A DNA stretch of 64,000 nucleotides, from IMG/VR virus record IMGVR_UViG_3300035701_000016, positions 11,104 through 75,103 of that record. The stretch is one strand, 5' to 3'. The position numbers and the translations under genes were made by a program. Below the pieces are notes generated by a model, which had not been told where the DNA came from, did not search any database, and worked only from the letters and a program-made list of their open reading frames with translations. Source of the DNA: a virus. The first letter of the stretch is position 1, and the number at the start of each line of letters is the position of its first letter. Shown here piece after piece: positions 48,883-58,522 of the stretch.

Positions 48883-49024
48883 TGTATCATCTCCATATGC
48901 TGATTGAACGACTTCTTGAAGTGTGTCTCCACGAGTATGACAATCCAAGTATAAGATATTAATTACCGATGTTTGTTCTGGACGATAATATCCAGTTTTC
49001 CAATAATGATCCCAACTGAACCTC

Positions 49025-49939
49025 CTATGGAATAGATTCCCATCCAGGAACAGGCCAGAACTTCTCTACCAACCATGATAGAGAATGAATTTGTTTATCC
49101 CATTTTCCTTCGAAAAATAATTCTCTACATTGTTTCTTCGAGCGATTTACCTGTTTCTGCGACATATCGTACGGAAAACTGAAGTCTCCACCTTGAGTTC
49201 TAAACAGATGAGCATAATATGTTTTGTGATCAACCATGACCCTTCCACCACTAAGCCACGTCTTAGCAGCTACTTCTATGCCCTGAGATCCCCATGATCC
49301 AAAACCTTCATCACATATATTCAAATCAAACCACTTATCTTTTGTCAACATAAAACATGATCCCTGAAGAGACATGGTCTCGGTAAGATCTCCTTGTCCC
49401 TCAGGTCTCTTTTTAAAATCATTAAAGTACTGGAAATGCGGTTCTGAATCGAAACAATACGAAGTAGACTGAGGATTCTCTTTAGCCTTCCAAATAATCT
49501 TTCTGTAAAGATTTGTACCACCACAAACTTCACACTTCTCAGGGGTAGGACCCTGATATGTTCTTTTTCCACATTTCCTACACTTCCAGTCGAAAGCCCA
49601 TAAGTTACGCATGATCGGAACTATTGTCCAATCATCCTGTATATCCTCTAACAATACTCTATCAAAACCCTGGGCAAACGAGCAATGAGCATCAGCTTTC
49701 ATGATATATTTGGAATCAGCCAACTTAACTCCATCGTTACAGGCTGCTCTCTGTCCTATAGATACGGGATGAAAGAGTACGGTAACATCAGCATTCTGAT
49801 CGATAGGAGGATCCGCCCATTGTCCATCCAGAACTACTATCACTTCAGTATTGGCTTCCTTGTGCTGAAGGATATCCTGAACAGTTTTAGCCACAAACAT
49901 TTCGTTTCTGGACGGAATAACTACACTCAAATCATGCAT
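49025..49939 (-). CDS. GT2 glycosyltransferase (paralogue of 53473-54375)
   Basis: SVVIPSRNE, VVLDG, KADAHC, QGSCF, WLSGGR, YAH, F.PVPGW; DxH and WLxGG resemble polypeptide-GalNAc-transferase-like GT-A. Confidence 0.85.
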   Translation of the reverse strand: MHDLSVVIPSRNEMFVAKTVQDILQHKEANTEVIVVLDGQWADPPIDQNADVTVLFHPVSIGQRAACNDGVKLADSKYIMKADAHCSFAQGFDRVLLEDIQDDWTIVPIMRNLWAFDWKCRKCGKRTYQGPTPEKCEVCGGTNLYRKIIWKAKENPQSTSYCFDSEPHFQYFNDFKKRPEGQGDLTETMSLQGSCFMLTKDKWFDLNICDEGFGSWGSQGIEVAAKTWLSGGRVMVDHKTYYAHLFRTQGGDFSFPYDMSQKQVNRSKKQCRELFFEGKWDKQIHSLSWLVEKFWPVPGWESIP

Positions 49940-50537
49940 CTTTCCTCAGTTTGGAAATGATAACTTTTCCGGGATAATCTTCTGTAACATAATTTGTGAA
50001 TTTTTCGAATAACGGATCAATAAGCGTAGCATGTCTACTCCATATGAAAAACATACCTCCTGAGATGGGAGATATATTCCATCTATGTTCATTAGCATAG
50101 TTATGAAGTTTACCGTTATCTACATAGTGTCTAAGATATATCCAACCTCCAACTTTGCAAACTCTATACATTTCTCTAATAGCCAGAAGAGGATTTCCAC
50201 AATGATCCAGAGAATTTACGCAATGAACTATGTCAAATTGTTCATTATCATACGTCAATAGTCTCATATCCTGCTTCTCTATCCTAATCTCAGGAATAAC
50301 TCCCTTTTCAACCAGCATAGAATTATATTCATCTGCTAGAAGATCGGATGGATACAGATGAATTTCTGTCTCAGGCCAAGTTGATCCAGTAGTAGAAAAC
50401 ATACCAGCTCCAAGATCAGCAATATCTACTATCTTCTTATTTCCTATCATCTCCCCGAAATAATAGTCCAACTGAAATATTTTATTGAATTGCTTCTCTT
50501 TGTAAGGAAGCTTATTTCTGTAGAATCTTAAGGTCAT
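49932..50537 (-). CDS. class I SAM-dependent methyltransferase
   Basis: IADLGAG, FDIVHCVNSLDH, EMYRVCKVGG. Confidence 0.85.
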   Translation of the reverse strand: MTLRFYRNKLPYKEKQFNKIFQLDYYFGEMIGNKKIVDIADLGAGMFSTTGSTWPETEIHLYPSDLLADEYNSMLVEKGVIPEIRIEKQDMRLLTYDNEQFDIVHCVNSLDHCGNPLLAIREMYRVCKVGGWIYLRHYVDNGKLHNYANEHRWNISPISGGMFFIWSRHATLIDPLFEKFTNYVTEDYPGKVIISKLRKDA

Positions 50538-51021
50538 TCAAGAACTCCAGAGAACACATCTTACTTATGACAGTGGTATGAGGATTGAATATATTATAGT
50601 CAAATCTATATTTAAATCTTGAGTATATTCCGGAATAATGATAGAAATTATCTTCCTTAGGATTGGAATCATGCAGAACTATGTAATCTACCAAGTCTTC
50701 TATCCTTACAGCTAGATAGGATCTAAATTCCATAGGATTTACATCTATAATTCCTATATCAAAATGTCTACTAAGATCAATAGTTGTCCAATCAGCGATT
50801 AAATGAGTTTCATGATGAGTATTATTATTTTTTCCGAATAAATTTAAGTATTTCTCATAATTCTCATATGAAACCAAATCCCTATCCTGAGAAACACAAG
50901 CCCAGAATAGAAGTGGTGTACTATATAATCCCATACCTAATTCAAGAACATTTCCAGTAGTATGCTCTAGAAGTTTTAAAAGAACGGGTATGTGAGAACC
51001 CCACCTCATTGTAATTTTCAT
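50512..51021 (-). CDS. SAM-dependent methyltransferase-like protein
   Basis: VLELGMGLYST, SYEN, IID, VLHD. Confidence 0.7.
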   Translation of the reverse strand: MKITMRWGSHIPVLLKLLEHTTGNVLELGMGLYSTPLLFWACVSQDRDLVSYENYEKYLNLFGKNNNTHHETHLIADWTTIDLSRHFDIGIIDVNPMEFRSYLAVRIEDLVDYIVLHDSNPKEDNFYHYSGIYSRFKYRFDYNIFNPHTTVISKMCSLEFLNDLKILQK

Positions 51022-51692
51022 ACTAGACCTAACTTTGTTCTAACAACTCTGGTCGTGCCCCAATACGGTAGGGATCTGGTGGTTTCACCCGCGATAGTCA
51101 GAGTATTGGCTCGCAATCCCAGTCCAGTCTTTATACTCACTACGGGAATATCCGTACCATACCAATTCCAATTCTGATTCAAATTCCTGAAAGGATTGGT
51201 AGGATAATGTCCATTCAACCACAGAGGCTTTCCTTCCAATTCCTTTTCCAACAGATCCAAATAGTATTCTCTGCCTATAATTTGAGCTCCTTCACACCAT
51301 CTCTTCTTGAAGAAGTATCCTCTATGATGCTTCAGAATCCAAACATTACTATATCTATATATTGAATCTAGTTTGCTTGGTTCTATGTCAAAATAGTCTC
51401 TGGGATAAAGATTGTCTGCCTCTGCTGATATAACAAATGGAGTAAATATACTTTGACAGGCTATCTGAATTTGTCTGTATAGATTATGATCATTGGCTCC
51501 AACATCTCCCACACAGATATTTTCTCCGAAATCAATCTGTTTCTGAGATACTGACAGAATAGGAAATCCGGGATTCATTCTCATGAGAACTTTTTGTATT
51601 TTTTTCTCGAAATTTTCATCCTCTCTGTTGGATGTATAGTAGATAATAGTTGCGTCGTTCTTATTCATATAGAGTGACCGCAATAAGGACAC
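51018..51692 (-). CDS. GT-A fold glycosyltransferase-like protein
   Basis: TIIYYTSN, SVS.K.IDFGENICVGD.G, AEADNLYP; paralogue of next gene. Confidence 0.7.
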   Translation of the reverse strand: MSLLRSLYMNKNDATIIYYTSNREDENFEKKIQKVLMRMNPGFPILSVSQKQIDFGENICVGDVGANDHNLYRQIQIACQSIFTPFVISAEADNLYPRDYFDIEPSKLDSIYRYSNVWILKHHRGYFFKKRWCEGAQIIGREYYLDLLEKELEGKPLWLNGHYPTNPFRNLNQNWNWYGTDIPVVSIKTGLGLRANTLTIAGETTRSLPYWGTTRVVRTKLGLV

Positions 51693-52423
51693 TGATTGAC
51701 CATATGATTTTCATCATATAATTTCATAACCTGATCAGCTGTACCCCACGGAACCAACTCAGTTCCTCTCAACGGACCGAGAGCCTTATTTTCACCAACC
51801 GGATGCTCTCTACCTACCGGAGTAGATACATATCCAAGAGCAAGTGGATGAGAGAAGACAACCATTGGTCGTCCACCCCAACCTTCCTCGGTAGAAATTG
51901 GTTTCAATCCTAACTTTCTATCGTATCGTCCTGGTTCTCCACAGAATTGGGTGTCATAGGCAGGAAATTTTTCAAGACGTTCAGTTAGAGATCTTACCAA
52001 AAGATCTCTGGTACATATTAGACTAAATATTATCATTCTGTGTCGCCATGAGAATACCATAGGTTTTGACCATGTGAATATACTCCACTTATTCATATCG
52101 TACCATAAAGTATCGTCACTGATTGGTCTTCCCTGAAAATGCTGTCTAGGATATAGAACATCATCTTCAGCCATAGCCACATATTTCGTTTTTGCAGCAA
52201 TCGCACCTGTAAGGATCTGCCAGTAGATATTGCGATTGGATCTACCGATATCTCCTACGCAGATGTTTTCTCCGAAATCCATAGGTTTATGAGATACAGA
52301 TATCAAAGGAGTATCCTGTATAGCTTCCTTTAGAACCCTTTTAGTATTATCTACAAAGTAGGGATTGTGTTCATCCAGATAATTACTGGTATAATATATG
52401 ATTGTTAGATCAGTATGTATCAT
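51665..52423 (-). CDS. GT-A fold glycosyltransferase-like protein
   Basis: TIIYYTSN, DFGENICVGDIG, TKYVAMAEDDVLYP. Confidence 0.72.
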   Translation of the reverse strand: MIHTDLTIIYYTSNYLDEHNPYFVDNTKRVLKEAIQDTPLISVSHKPMDFGENICVGDIGRSNRNIYWQILTGAIAAKTKYVAMAEDDVLYPRQHFQGRPISDDTLWYDMNKWSIFTWSKPMVFSWRHRMIIFSLICTRDLLVRSLTERLEKFPAYDTQFCGEPGRYDRKLGLKPISTEEGWGGRPMVVFSHPLALGYVSTPVGREHPVGENKALGPLRGTELVPWGTADQVMKLYDENHMVNQCPYCGHSI

Positions 52424-52953
52424 AATTTAATCCAGAACCAACTTGGAACTCTTTCCTTCGTAAGATACCAGGGATCAATTCTGTGTTCCTTGACATAGGC
52501 ATCCACAGCAGTTATTACTCCAAATTCCTGTCTATTGAAGTAGTCATGTCCAGACACTATTCCACCAGATCTTACTTTCCTATTCCATTGAATGATATCT
52601 GTAACAGCATAGTCAAACGTATGATTGGCATCTATGTAAACAAAATCTAAACTACCATCCTCAAACTCAGGAATGGCATCCATGCTACTACATTTCATGA
52701 AAGTAACGTTATGATGTCTAAGTAACTTCCTAGCCTGATGAAAATGCTCATCATGAAAACCACTGTAGTCCCAGGGATCATTTTCGTCATCTTCCCACAA
52801 ATCTATACAATACAATTTAACTCCTGGTACACTATCGCAAATATATCGTGAGAATTTACCTTTGGCTACACCAATCTCAACTCCAGTCTTGTATCCCAGA
52901 GTATTGAATAATCCTGCCAGATCGAATCTTGTATCAACTCCGAAGTAATTCAT
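52420..52953 (-). CDS. Methyltransf_24-type O-methyltransferase
   Basis: GVEIGVAKG, IDLW, LDFVYIDANH, KVRSGGIVSGHDY. Confidence 0.88.
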   Translation of the reverse strand: MNYFGVDTRFDLAGLFNTLGYKTGVEIGVAKGKFSRYICDSVPGVKLYCIDLWEDDENDPWDYSGFHDEHFHQARKLLRHHNVTFMKCSSMDAIPEFEDGSLDFVYIDANHTFDYAVTDIIQWNRKVRSGGIVSGHDYFNRQEFGVITAVDAYVKEHRIDPWYLTKERVPSWFWIKL

Positions 52954-53498
52954 GGCTTGAACCAGAACCAGGAAGTTTCTCTATCCAGTGTAAGATAAAC
53001 TTGTGGAATCTTGTGAACAGAGACATAACAATCTACAGCTTGCACAACACCACCATCTCCTGCAGGGAAATGGAAATAATCATGACCGGAAACAATTCCT
53101 CCCGACTTTACTTTCTTACTCCATTCAATGATATCTTCCATGACATAATCAAAATCATGATTGCCATCTATATAGACGAAATCTAAACTCTTATCGTTTA
53201 TACATTTTACAGCATCCATACTCATCATCTTAAGAAATTCTACTCCGAAAAATCCCCAAAGATTACTTCTGGCTATCTCGTAAAATTCCTGCTGATGATT
53301 CTTTGAAGCTTTTACATCATATCCTGGATACATATCCCATATATCCACACAGTATAACCTAAGATTAGGAATAGCCTTGCATAATTTCAGAGAGTATTCT
53401 CCCTTCATAACTCCTATCTCAGCCCCTACTCGAAATCCTCTATCCATGAAGAATTTCGGCAAATCATCTCGTTTATTCACATTGGGATATTTCATCAC
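52950..53498 (-). CDS. Methyltransf_24-type O-methyltransferase
   Basis: GAEIGVMKG, VDIW, LDFVYIDGNH, KVKSGGIVSGHDY; tandem paralogue. Confidence 0.88.
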   Translation of the reverse strand: MMKYPNVNKRDDLPKFFMDRGFRVGAEIGVMKGEYSLKLCKAIPNLRLYCVDIWDMYPGYDVKASKNHQQEFYEIARSNLWGFFGVEFLKMMSMDAVKCINDKSLDFVYIDGNHDFDYVMEDIIEWSKKVKSGGIVSGHDYFHFPAGDGGVVQAVDCYVSVHKIPQVYLTLDRETSWFWFKP

Positions 53499-54375
53499 CT
53501 ATCTCCGATTTCTCTGCCCATCCAGGGACAGGTGAAAATTTTTCAATCAACCATTCCAAGGGCAAAGTCTGTTTAGGCCATGCCTCTTGAAAGTTCAACC
53601 ATTTCATGGTATAATTCCTAGGTACATAGACATCTTGATGAAGTGAATATCCACGATGCTTTCCTTTATACCAGTGAGCATACCATGTTTTCTTATTCCT
53701 AACAATTCTACCACCTGACAACCAACACTTCAAAGCGATTTCTTGAAACTCGGCAAAGAATGTACCATAATTAATGTCATCCAATAATTCCAACTCTTTA
53801 TAGTATGACCTGTGCATGAACCAGCATGATCCCTGAGCAGCCATCAGATCAACAATTAAATCATCCTTCAGAGACTTATCCTTATTCTTCTCGTCCCAGA
53901 TTAAACCATGCAATCCTACCAATTCACCCTTACGGTAGGGATAACACATATATTCATAATCGATATCCGGTCTGCCATCTTCTAGAATTGACCAGGTATC
54001 CGGTAGAAGTCTCTTTCGTCTGGGAACAGATATCCAGTTATCCTCACAGTCAGCAACCAGTTTTGTATCGTATCCTACGTCAAACATGCAGTGAGCATCA
54101 CATTTCAATATGTGCTCTCCTCTTGCTATCTCTACTGCCGAATTGATTGCCGGTCTCATTCCTCTCGCCAGTCCTCTATGAAGTATGATTACTTTCTTGG
54201 AAGGTGGATCCAAGGGAGTCTCTCCATACGGTAGGGGAATGGTTGGCATAGGATCAGGCCAATATCCGTCAAGAACAACTATGATCTCAATCTCACCCTG
54301 AGCTTTGGCAAGAAGATCATCAACAGTCTTAACTAGATACGGTTCATTCCTGGCAGGGATAATGATACTAATCAT
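53473..54375 (-). CDS. GT2 glycosyltransferase
   Basis: SIIIPARNE, VVLDG, KCDAHC, QGSCW, WLSGGR, WYAH; coupled to the portal stop. Confidence 0.85.
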   Translation of the reverse strand: MISIIIPARNEPYLVKTVDDLLAKAQGEIEIIVVLDGYWPDPMPTIPLPYGETPLDPPSKKVIILHRGLARGMRPAINSAVEIARGEHILKCDAHCMFDVGYDTKLVADCEDNWISVPRRKRLLPDTWSILEDGRPDIDYEYMCYPYRKGELVGLHGLIWDEKNKDKSLKDDLIVDLMAAQGSCWFMHRSYYKELELLDDINYGTFFAEFQEIALKCWLSGGRIVRNKKTWYAHWYKGKHRGYSLHQDVYVPRNYTMKWLNFQEAWPKQTLPLEWLIEKFSPVPGWAEKSEIGDEISQCE

Positions 54376-56513
54376 TAATTCTTTACCATCTTGGTGATTA
54401 GACCCTCACTATCCCTGGTCACAGTAATGACATCTCTTGTCTTTTCCGGCATGGTTATGGTATTATCTACCGTAACCGGAGTTGGAGAAACATTGACAAT
54501 GACTTCTGCCGGAGGTACGGTGATATTGATTACCGGAGGTAAATCCGTTTGTCTTTCCACAGGTTCCGAAAGACGCTGGGTTATTCTTTCCAAAGTCTGC
54601 ATTATAGCCAACGCAACTTTATCATCCATATCAATCTCCTTTCTCATCTGCTCTATTGTATTCTGAGCAGCTAATAGATCCTCATTGCTTGACTCCAAGG
54701 ATAGACTTATAACTTGCAGTGAAGAAACTACGTCCATGATTTTCTTCTCTAGATTAACAGTACCTGATCTCATGGATATGGATAGAATCTCCATATTATC
54801 CTGCAAAGTCCTCATTCTGGATTCCATGTCATCTTTAGCCTTCAATTCAGATTCATAGTCAAACCCTGCAGAAGACCAGATACGTTTAGCAAGCATCTCG
54901 TCACCACTACGCCACAGAACCAACTGGCTATTCGTTTTTGAGAAATATCTGACCACGGGATCTCGTGGATATCGTTCAGCCGCCAATCTAACCCTGGGAG
55001 AGTCTCGTAACTCTTCGCAGATTAGATTTTTCTTATCTCTCATCCACAAAGCCATCTCCTTCATCTGGGCTGTAGGTGAAGCTGCTGACTTATTCTTAGC
55101 GGTCGGTTTTCCATCTGAATTGGTAGAAGCCCCATCGTTATTAGCCGTAGGATTCTCCTGAGAAGTGTCTGGAGGATTTGGGCTATCCTCTTCGGTATCG
55201 ATCTCGTCAATGTCAGTAGAATGAACCTCAGCGGTAGGACTCCAGGTGGACGGAATTACGTCATACTGCGCCAGCAAAACTCTGGACTCCTCATTGGTGA
55301 TCATAGGTATGCCATTGACGACTGTCTTATACATAGTCGCAGCAACATTTGTCCATGCTTGATCGACTTGAGCGTGGAGGAGATCTCCCTGTTCATCCCT
55401 CTGATCGAAAGCCATGTCAATAGAGGCCGGCAGGACTTCAAGCAACTTCTCCTGAAAGCCAAGTACAAAATCAAGTCTTCCCTTACCAGTTGCCTTTTCA
55501 TGCTGTATCTGTGTTTCATTTCCTCTCCCCAGAGCTCCATATTGAACAGGCCAGAACTCACTGGCATCATAACCTAGACAGAGCGAATATCCATACAAAA
55601 GCATATCCATCCAGTCACGTAGATTGAAACTGGTAGGCAACTCCGATAGAGCTACCATCTTGGCATCCACGGTAGTAGCCGCAGAAGCCAGCACCGCTAC
55701 AGCCTGAAAATACTTCATATTAGCTGCATCTAGATTGGCATCCCTGACTTTCATGGCATCGTCCCACTGTTTACGCTGAATACCTGAAAGCATCAGCAAC
55801 CCACGTGGAGCACGAGCCAAAAGACGTTCCTCATCATGCCTGAAGAGAGCAATCATCAGTTTGGCAAGCCGGATCATCTTGCTGACTGCACACCAACCCA
55901 ATCCATTGAATTCTTCCTTCAAACCGGGATCCGATACAATTCTGAAGAAAGATCCGTCAGGCCATTTCTGAATCTTCTGAGATTTTTGCGGATGATACTT
56001 TATGGGAAAGTCTTCAACACCGGTTAGATTGAATTTGGAGGGATCAGCGCAGTATAACTGACGCACTGGTCCACCAATAAAATCTGATCCCAATTCCACG
56101 ATTGTTCCGATATCTGCGGCTCTGAAGGAATAACTTGAGTAAGCAAGAGCGGAACGCCAGCCATACAGACCGGGAGCGCATTGGAAGTTATGCAGCATAT
56201 CGGTAATTCTATTAACTTGATTTCGTCCACCTGTTACCGTCCATCCACGATTCTTATCAATACTAGTGACACTGTTGAGTACACCCGACAGATGAGGTTC
56301 CTTCTTTGAGAATTCAATCAACCACGAGTCGCGTACCCTGGAATCTGCCTTGTATTCAGGTTCTGTTAGTTCAGCATCTTCTACCATGTTCATAGTTGAC
56401 AGAAAGAAAGATTCAGGACTTTGATCGGTTACATTTCCGAATCTGGGCTGTCTACTCTTAGGTTCCGCAGGAGCAATATTCTCAATAAGACTATCCTGTA
56501 TAAATTCATCCAT
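54375..56513 (-). CDS. portal protein with long C-terminal extension
   Basis: Directly after terminase; NGLGWCAVS, PRGLLML, ITNEESR; extension of more than 250 aa. Confidence 0.8.
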   Translation of the reverse strand: MDEFIQDSLIENIAPAEPKSRQPRFGNVTDQSPESFFLSTMNMVEDAELTEPEYKADSRVRDSWLIEFSKKEPHLSGVLNSVTSIDKNRGWTVTGGRNQVNRITDMLHNFQCAPGLYGWRSALAYSSYSFRAADIGTIVELGSDFIGGPVRQLYCADPSKFNLTGVEDFPIKYHPQKSQKIQKWPDGSFFRIVSDPGLKEEFNGLGWCAVSKMIRLAKLMIALFRHDEERLLARAPRGLLMLSGIQRKQWDDAMKVRDANLDAANMKYFQAVAVLASAATTVDAKMVALSELPTSFNLRDWMDMLLYGYSLCLGYDASEFWPVQYGALGRGNETQIQHEKATGKGRLDFVLGFQEKLLEVLPASIDMAFDQRDEQGDLLHAQVDQAWTNVAATMYKTVVNGIPMITNEESRVLLAQYDVIPSTWSPTAEVHSTDIDEIDTEEDSPNPPDTSQENPTANNDGASTNSDGKPTAKNKSAASPTAQMKEMALWMRDKKNLICEELRDSPRVRLAAERYPRDPVVRYFSKTNSQLVLWRSGDEMLAKRIWSSAGFDYESELKAKDDMESRMRTLQDNMEILSISMRSGTVNLEKKIMDVVSSLQVISLSLESSNEDLLAAQNTIEQMRKEIDMDDKVALAIMQTLERITQRLSEPVERQTDLPPVINITVPPAEVIVNVSPTPVTVDNTITMPEKTRDVITVTRDSEGLITKMVKN

Positions 56514-56522
56514 ACTATACCT

Positions 56523-57863
56523 CTATCCCATCCCCACGGACCATGAGTCACTGTAATTCGCAAGGTGCATGGCTAGATACCGTGTGGTGTCCATACCGTG
56601 ATCGTCTACCTTGCGAGGAGTTTCTTTCTTTTCCTGATTTTCCCACTCGTACCCATCGTATTCTTGTTCTGATGAATACGGTCTCATCTCCTCTATGAGA
56701 GAAGTATCAGGCTCAAGTACAGAGTCACGAAGATACATCAATCCAGGTTTTCCATCTTCTACCGGACGTAGTTTGGACATTACTGTATGGATACCAGACA
56801 ATACATCTTTCACCGCCGGTACAGTCTCAACATTCATGTGTCTTTCAAACGTAGCCCTATCCTCAGCATCCCAGTCGCATATCGTTACGATCGGATCTGG
56901 TTCCTCGTTCTCTATCTTCCAAGCCTTGATGATAGCAACAGCATCCTCAACAAGTAAATTTCTCTGATAGATTTCAGCGAAGCGGTAGGCGTGACCATGA
57001 TCATCAGAAGCCCATGCTTGCCATACGAAAGGATTAGTGTAACCGAAATCAATAACCCAATATCTCGCCCAATTTCTGGGGATCGGGAATCTTGGGATCA
57101 GATGAATATCTGGATTCCAAGTTGTATAGATCATTCCCTCAGCAGCCGCCCAAACTCCCTCGTAGAAACGTTTTAGACGTACACCGGATAGACCTTGTAG
57201 CTTTGACAAATAAGCCAATCCTCTCGGAGTCCAAGTCTGAGTTAGCGGATCAAAGTAGGCAGGATTATCCTGATGAACGGACGATACAAGATTGATCTCT
57301 TTCTTGTCTCCCTTTCGCTTGATCCAATGTGATGGATAACTAGGATTGCAATCACCAACGAGTTGCTGATACGGTACAACACCGTGACGACATCGTATAT
57401 AAAGCGTCTCCCAGTCCTCTTCCGTCAGCTCGGTAGCCTCCTGAGCGTAGATCCAATCATACTCTGATGACATTACCTTGATAGCTTTATCCATACCGCC
57501 TATGGCGACAACCGACCCGTTGGAGTAGCGATACTCCTGCTCTCCCGTGCGCCAGTGGACTGATTCGTCATCTACCATGACAAACTTCTCATAAGTTACC
57601 AGAGCTGACTGAGTCAATGATGCTCTTGTCTTTCTCACTATTAGAGAACGCATACCAGGATACTTCATGGACATAAGATGCATCTTCTCCAACGCCGCTC
57701 GTGACTTGCCCGTACCGGAGGGACCGCACAGAACGATCTGATCAGAGTGGTCATAGAAGAAGTCTTTGAAATGACCATAGGGTTGATAAACTTTGTTCCT
57801 GGGATCTCGACGAGGATCTGCCTCGGCGGTAACAGTCCTGGCGGGAGAGTCTACGGCAACCAT
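56523..57863 (-). CDS. terL: terminase large subunit (PBSX-like)
   Basis: GPSGTGKS, IVRKT, QEATE, DCNP, VIDFG, DDHGMD..RY. Confidence 0.93.
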   Translation of the reverse strand: MVAVDSPARTVTAEADPRRDPRNKVYQPYGHFKDFFYDHSDQIVLCGPSGTGKSRAALEKMHLMSMKYPGMRSLIVRKTRASLTQSALVTYEKFVMVDDESVHWRTGEQEYRYSNGSVVAIGGMDKAIKVMSSEYDWIYAQEATELTEEDWETLYIRCRHGVVPYQQLVGDCNPSYPSHWIKRKGDKKEINLVSSVHQDNPAYFDPLTQTWTPRGLAYLSKLQGLSGVRLKRFYEGVWAAAEGMIYTTWNPDIHLIPRFPIPRNWARYWVIDFGYTNPFVWQAWASDDHGHAYRFAEIYQRNLLVEDAVAIIKAWKIENEEPDPIVTICDWDAEDRATFERHMNVETVPAVKDVLSGIHTVMSKLRPVEDGKPGLMYLRDSVLEPDTSLIEEMRPYSSEQEYDGYEWENQEKKETPRKVDDHGMDTTRYLAMHLANYSDSWSVGMG

Positions 57864-58057
57864 TAGACTAACTTATCCTCACCCAAGACGGGTTTATCCA
57901 ACGCCACCACTATCTGATCCACTATTTTCCTCAATTCATCAAGACTGATTGCTTGAAGGACATCTATCTCCATACTCACGGGATCTCCCAATGGATCAAA
58001 CGTAACCTTAGCAACGGTAAGAAGGCAACCCGTATCAATAACCCGGATCTCTAGCAC
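57863..58057 (-). CDS. hypothetical protein
   Basis: GGAGG Shine-Dalgarno, coupled to terL. Confidence 0.5.
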   Translation of the reverse strand: MLEIRVIDTGCLLTVAKVTFDPLGDPVSMEIDVLQAISLDELRKIVDQIVVALDKPVLGEDKLV

Positions 58058-58138
58058 TTTCCTCCACCTGCAGGCATCTTCGGAGGTTTCGGCTTCTTGG
58101 GTTTCTTCTTGTCATTATTCTTAGCCATCATCATTCTC

Positions 58139-58507
58139 CTAGATTCTGTCGTCATCAATACCGGCGTAGACTTTGAAGATGTTGACGCCCTGGAAGGTGT
58201 TAGTCTGTACCGGACCATCCAGATGGGAAGCAATGAACTTAACGGTATCCAACCAGATCTTGACATCATCAATTCTGAGATCCACGGTAGTACCATCCGC
58301 GAACATGATAGTCCCTTCCGTAACTGCATCCCAGATCATCAGCGCAAGATAGTCAGCGTAGCTGATATTCTTGTTGACACTCTCAGCAAAGAACTCCTTC
58401 ACCCCGACTCTTCTCATGGCTTCCGCCACCAGTCGTTTCGAGATCTCATTCGGGGTCACAATCTGGTTAGGATTCTTGGGGTCGATTATAGATATTTCAC
58501 CACTCAT
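58139..58507 (-). CDS. putative terminase small subunit
   Basis: First gene of the late operon; HLDGPVQ tail; ATG 6 nt after TGGTATACT, possibly leaderless. Confidence 0.5.
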   Translation of the reverse strand: MSGEISIIDPKNPNQIVTPNEISKRLVAEAMRRVGVKEFFAESVNKNISYADYLALMIWDAVTEGTIMFADGTTVDLRIDDVKIWLDTVKFIASHLDGPVQTNTFQGVNIFKVYAGIDDDRI

Positions 58508-58513
58508 ACCCAT

Positions 58514-58522
58514 AGTATACCA
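58514..58522 (-). promoter_or_regulatory. extended -10 promoter of the packaging operon
   Basis: GTGGTATACT, same form as the promoter at 40310. Confidence 0.6.
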
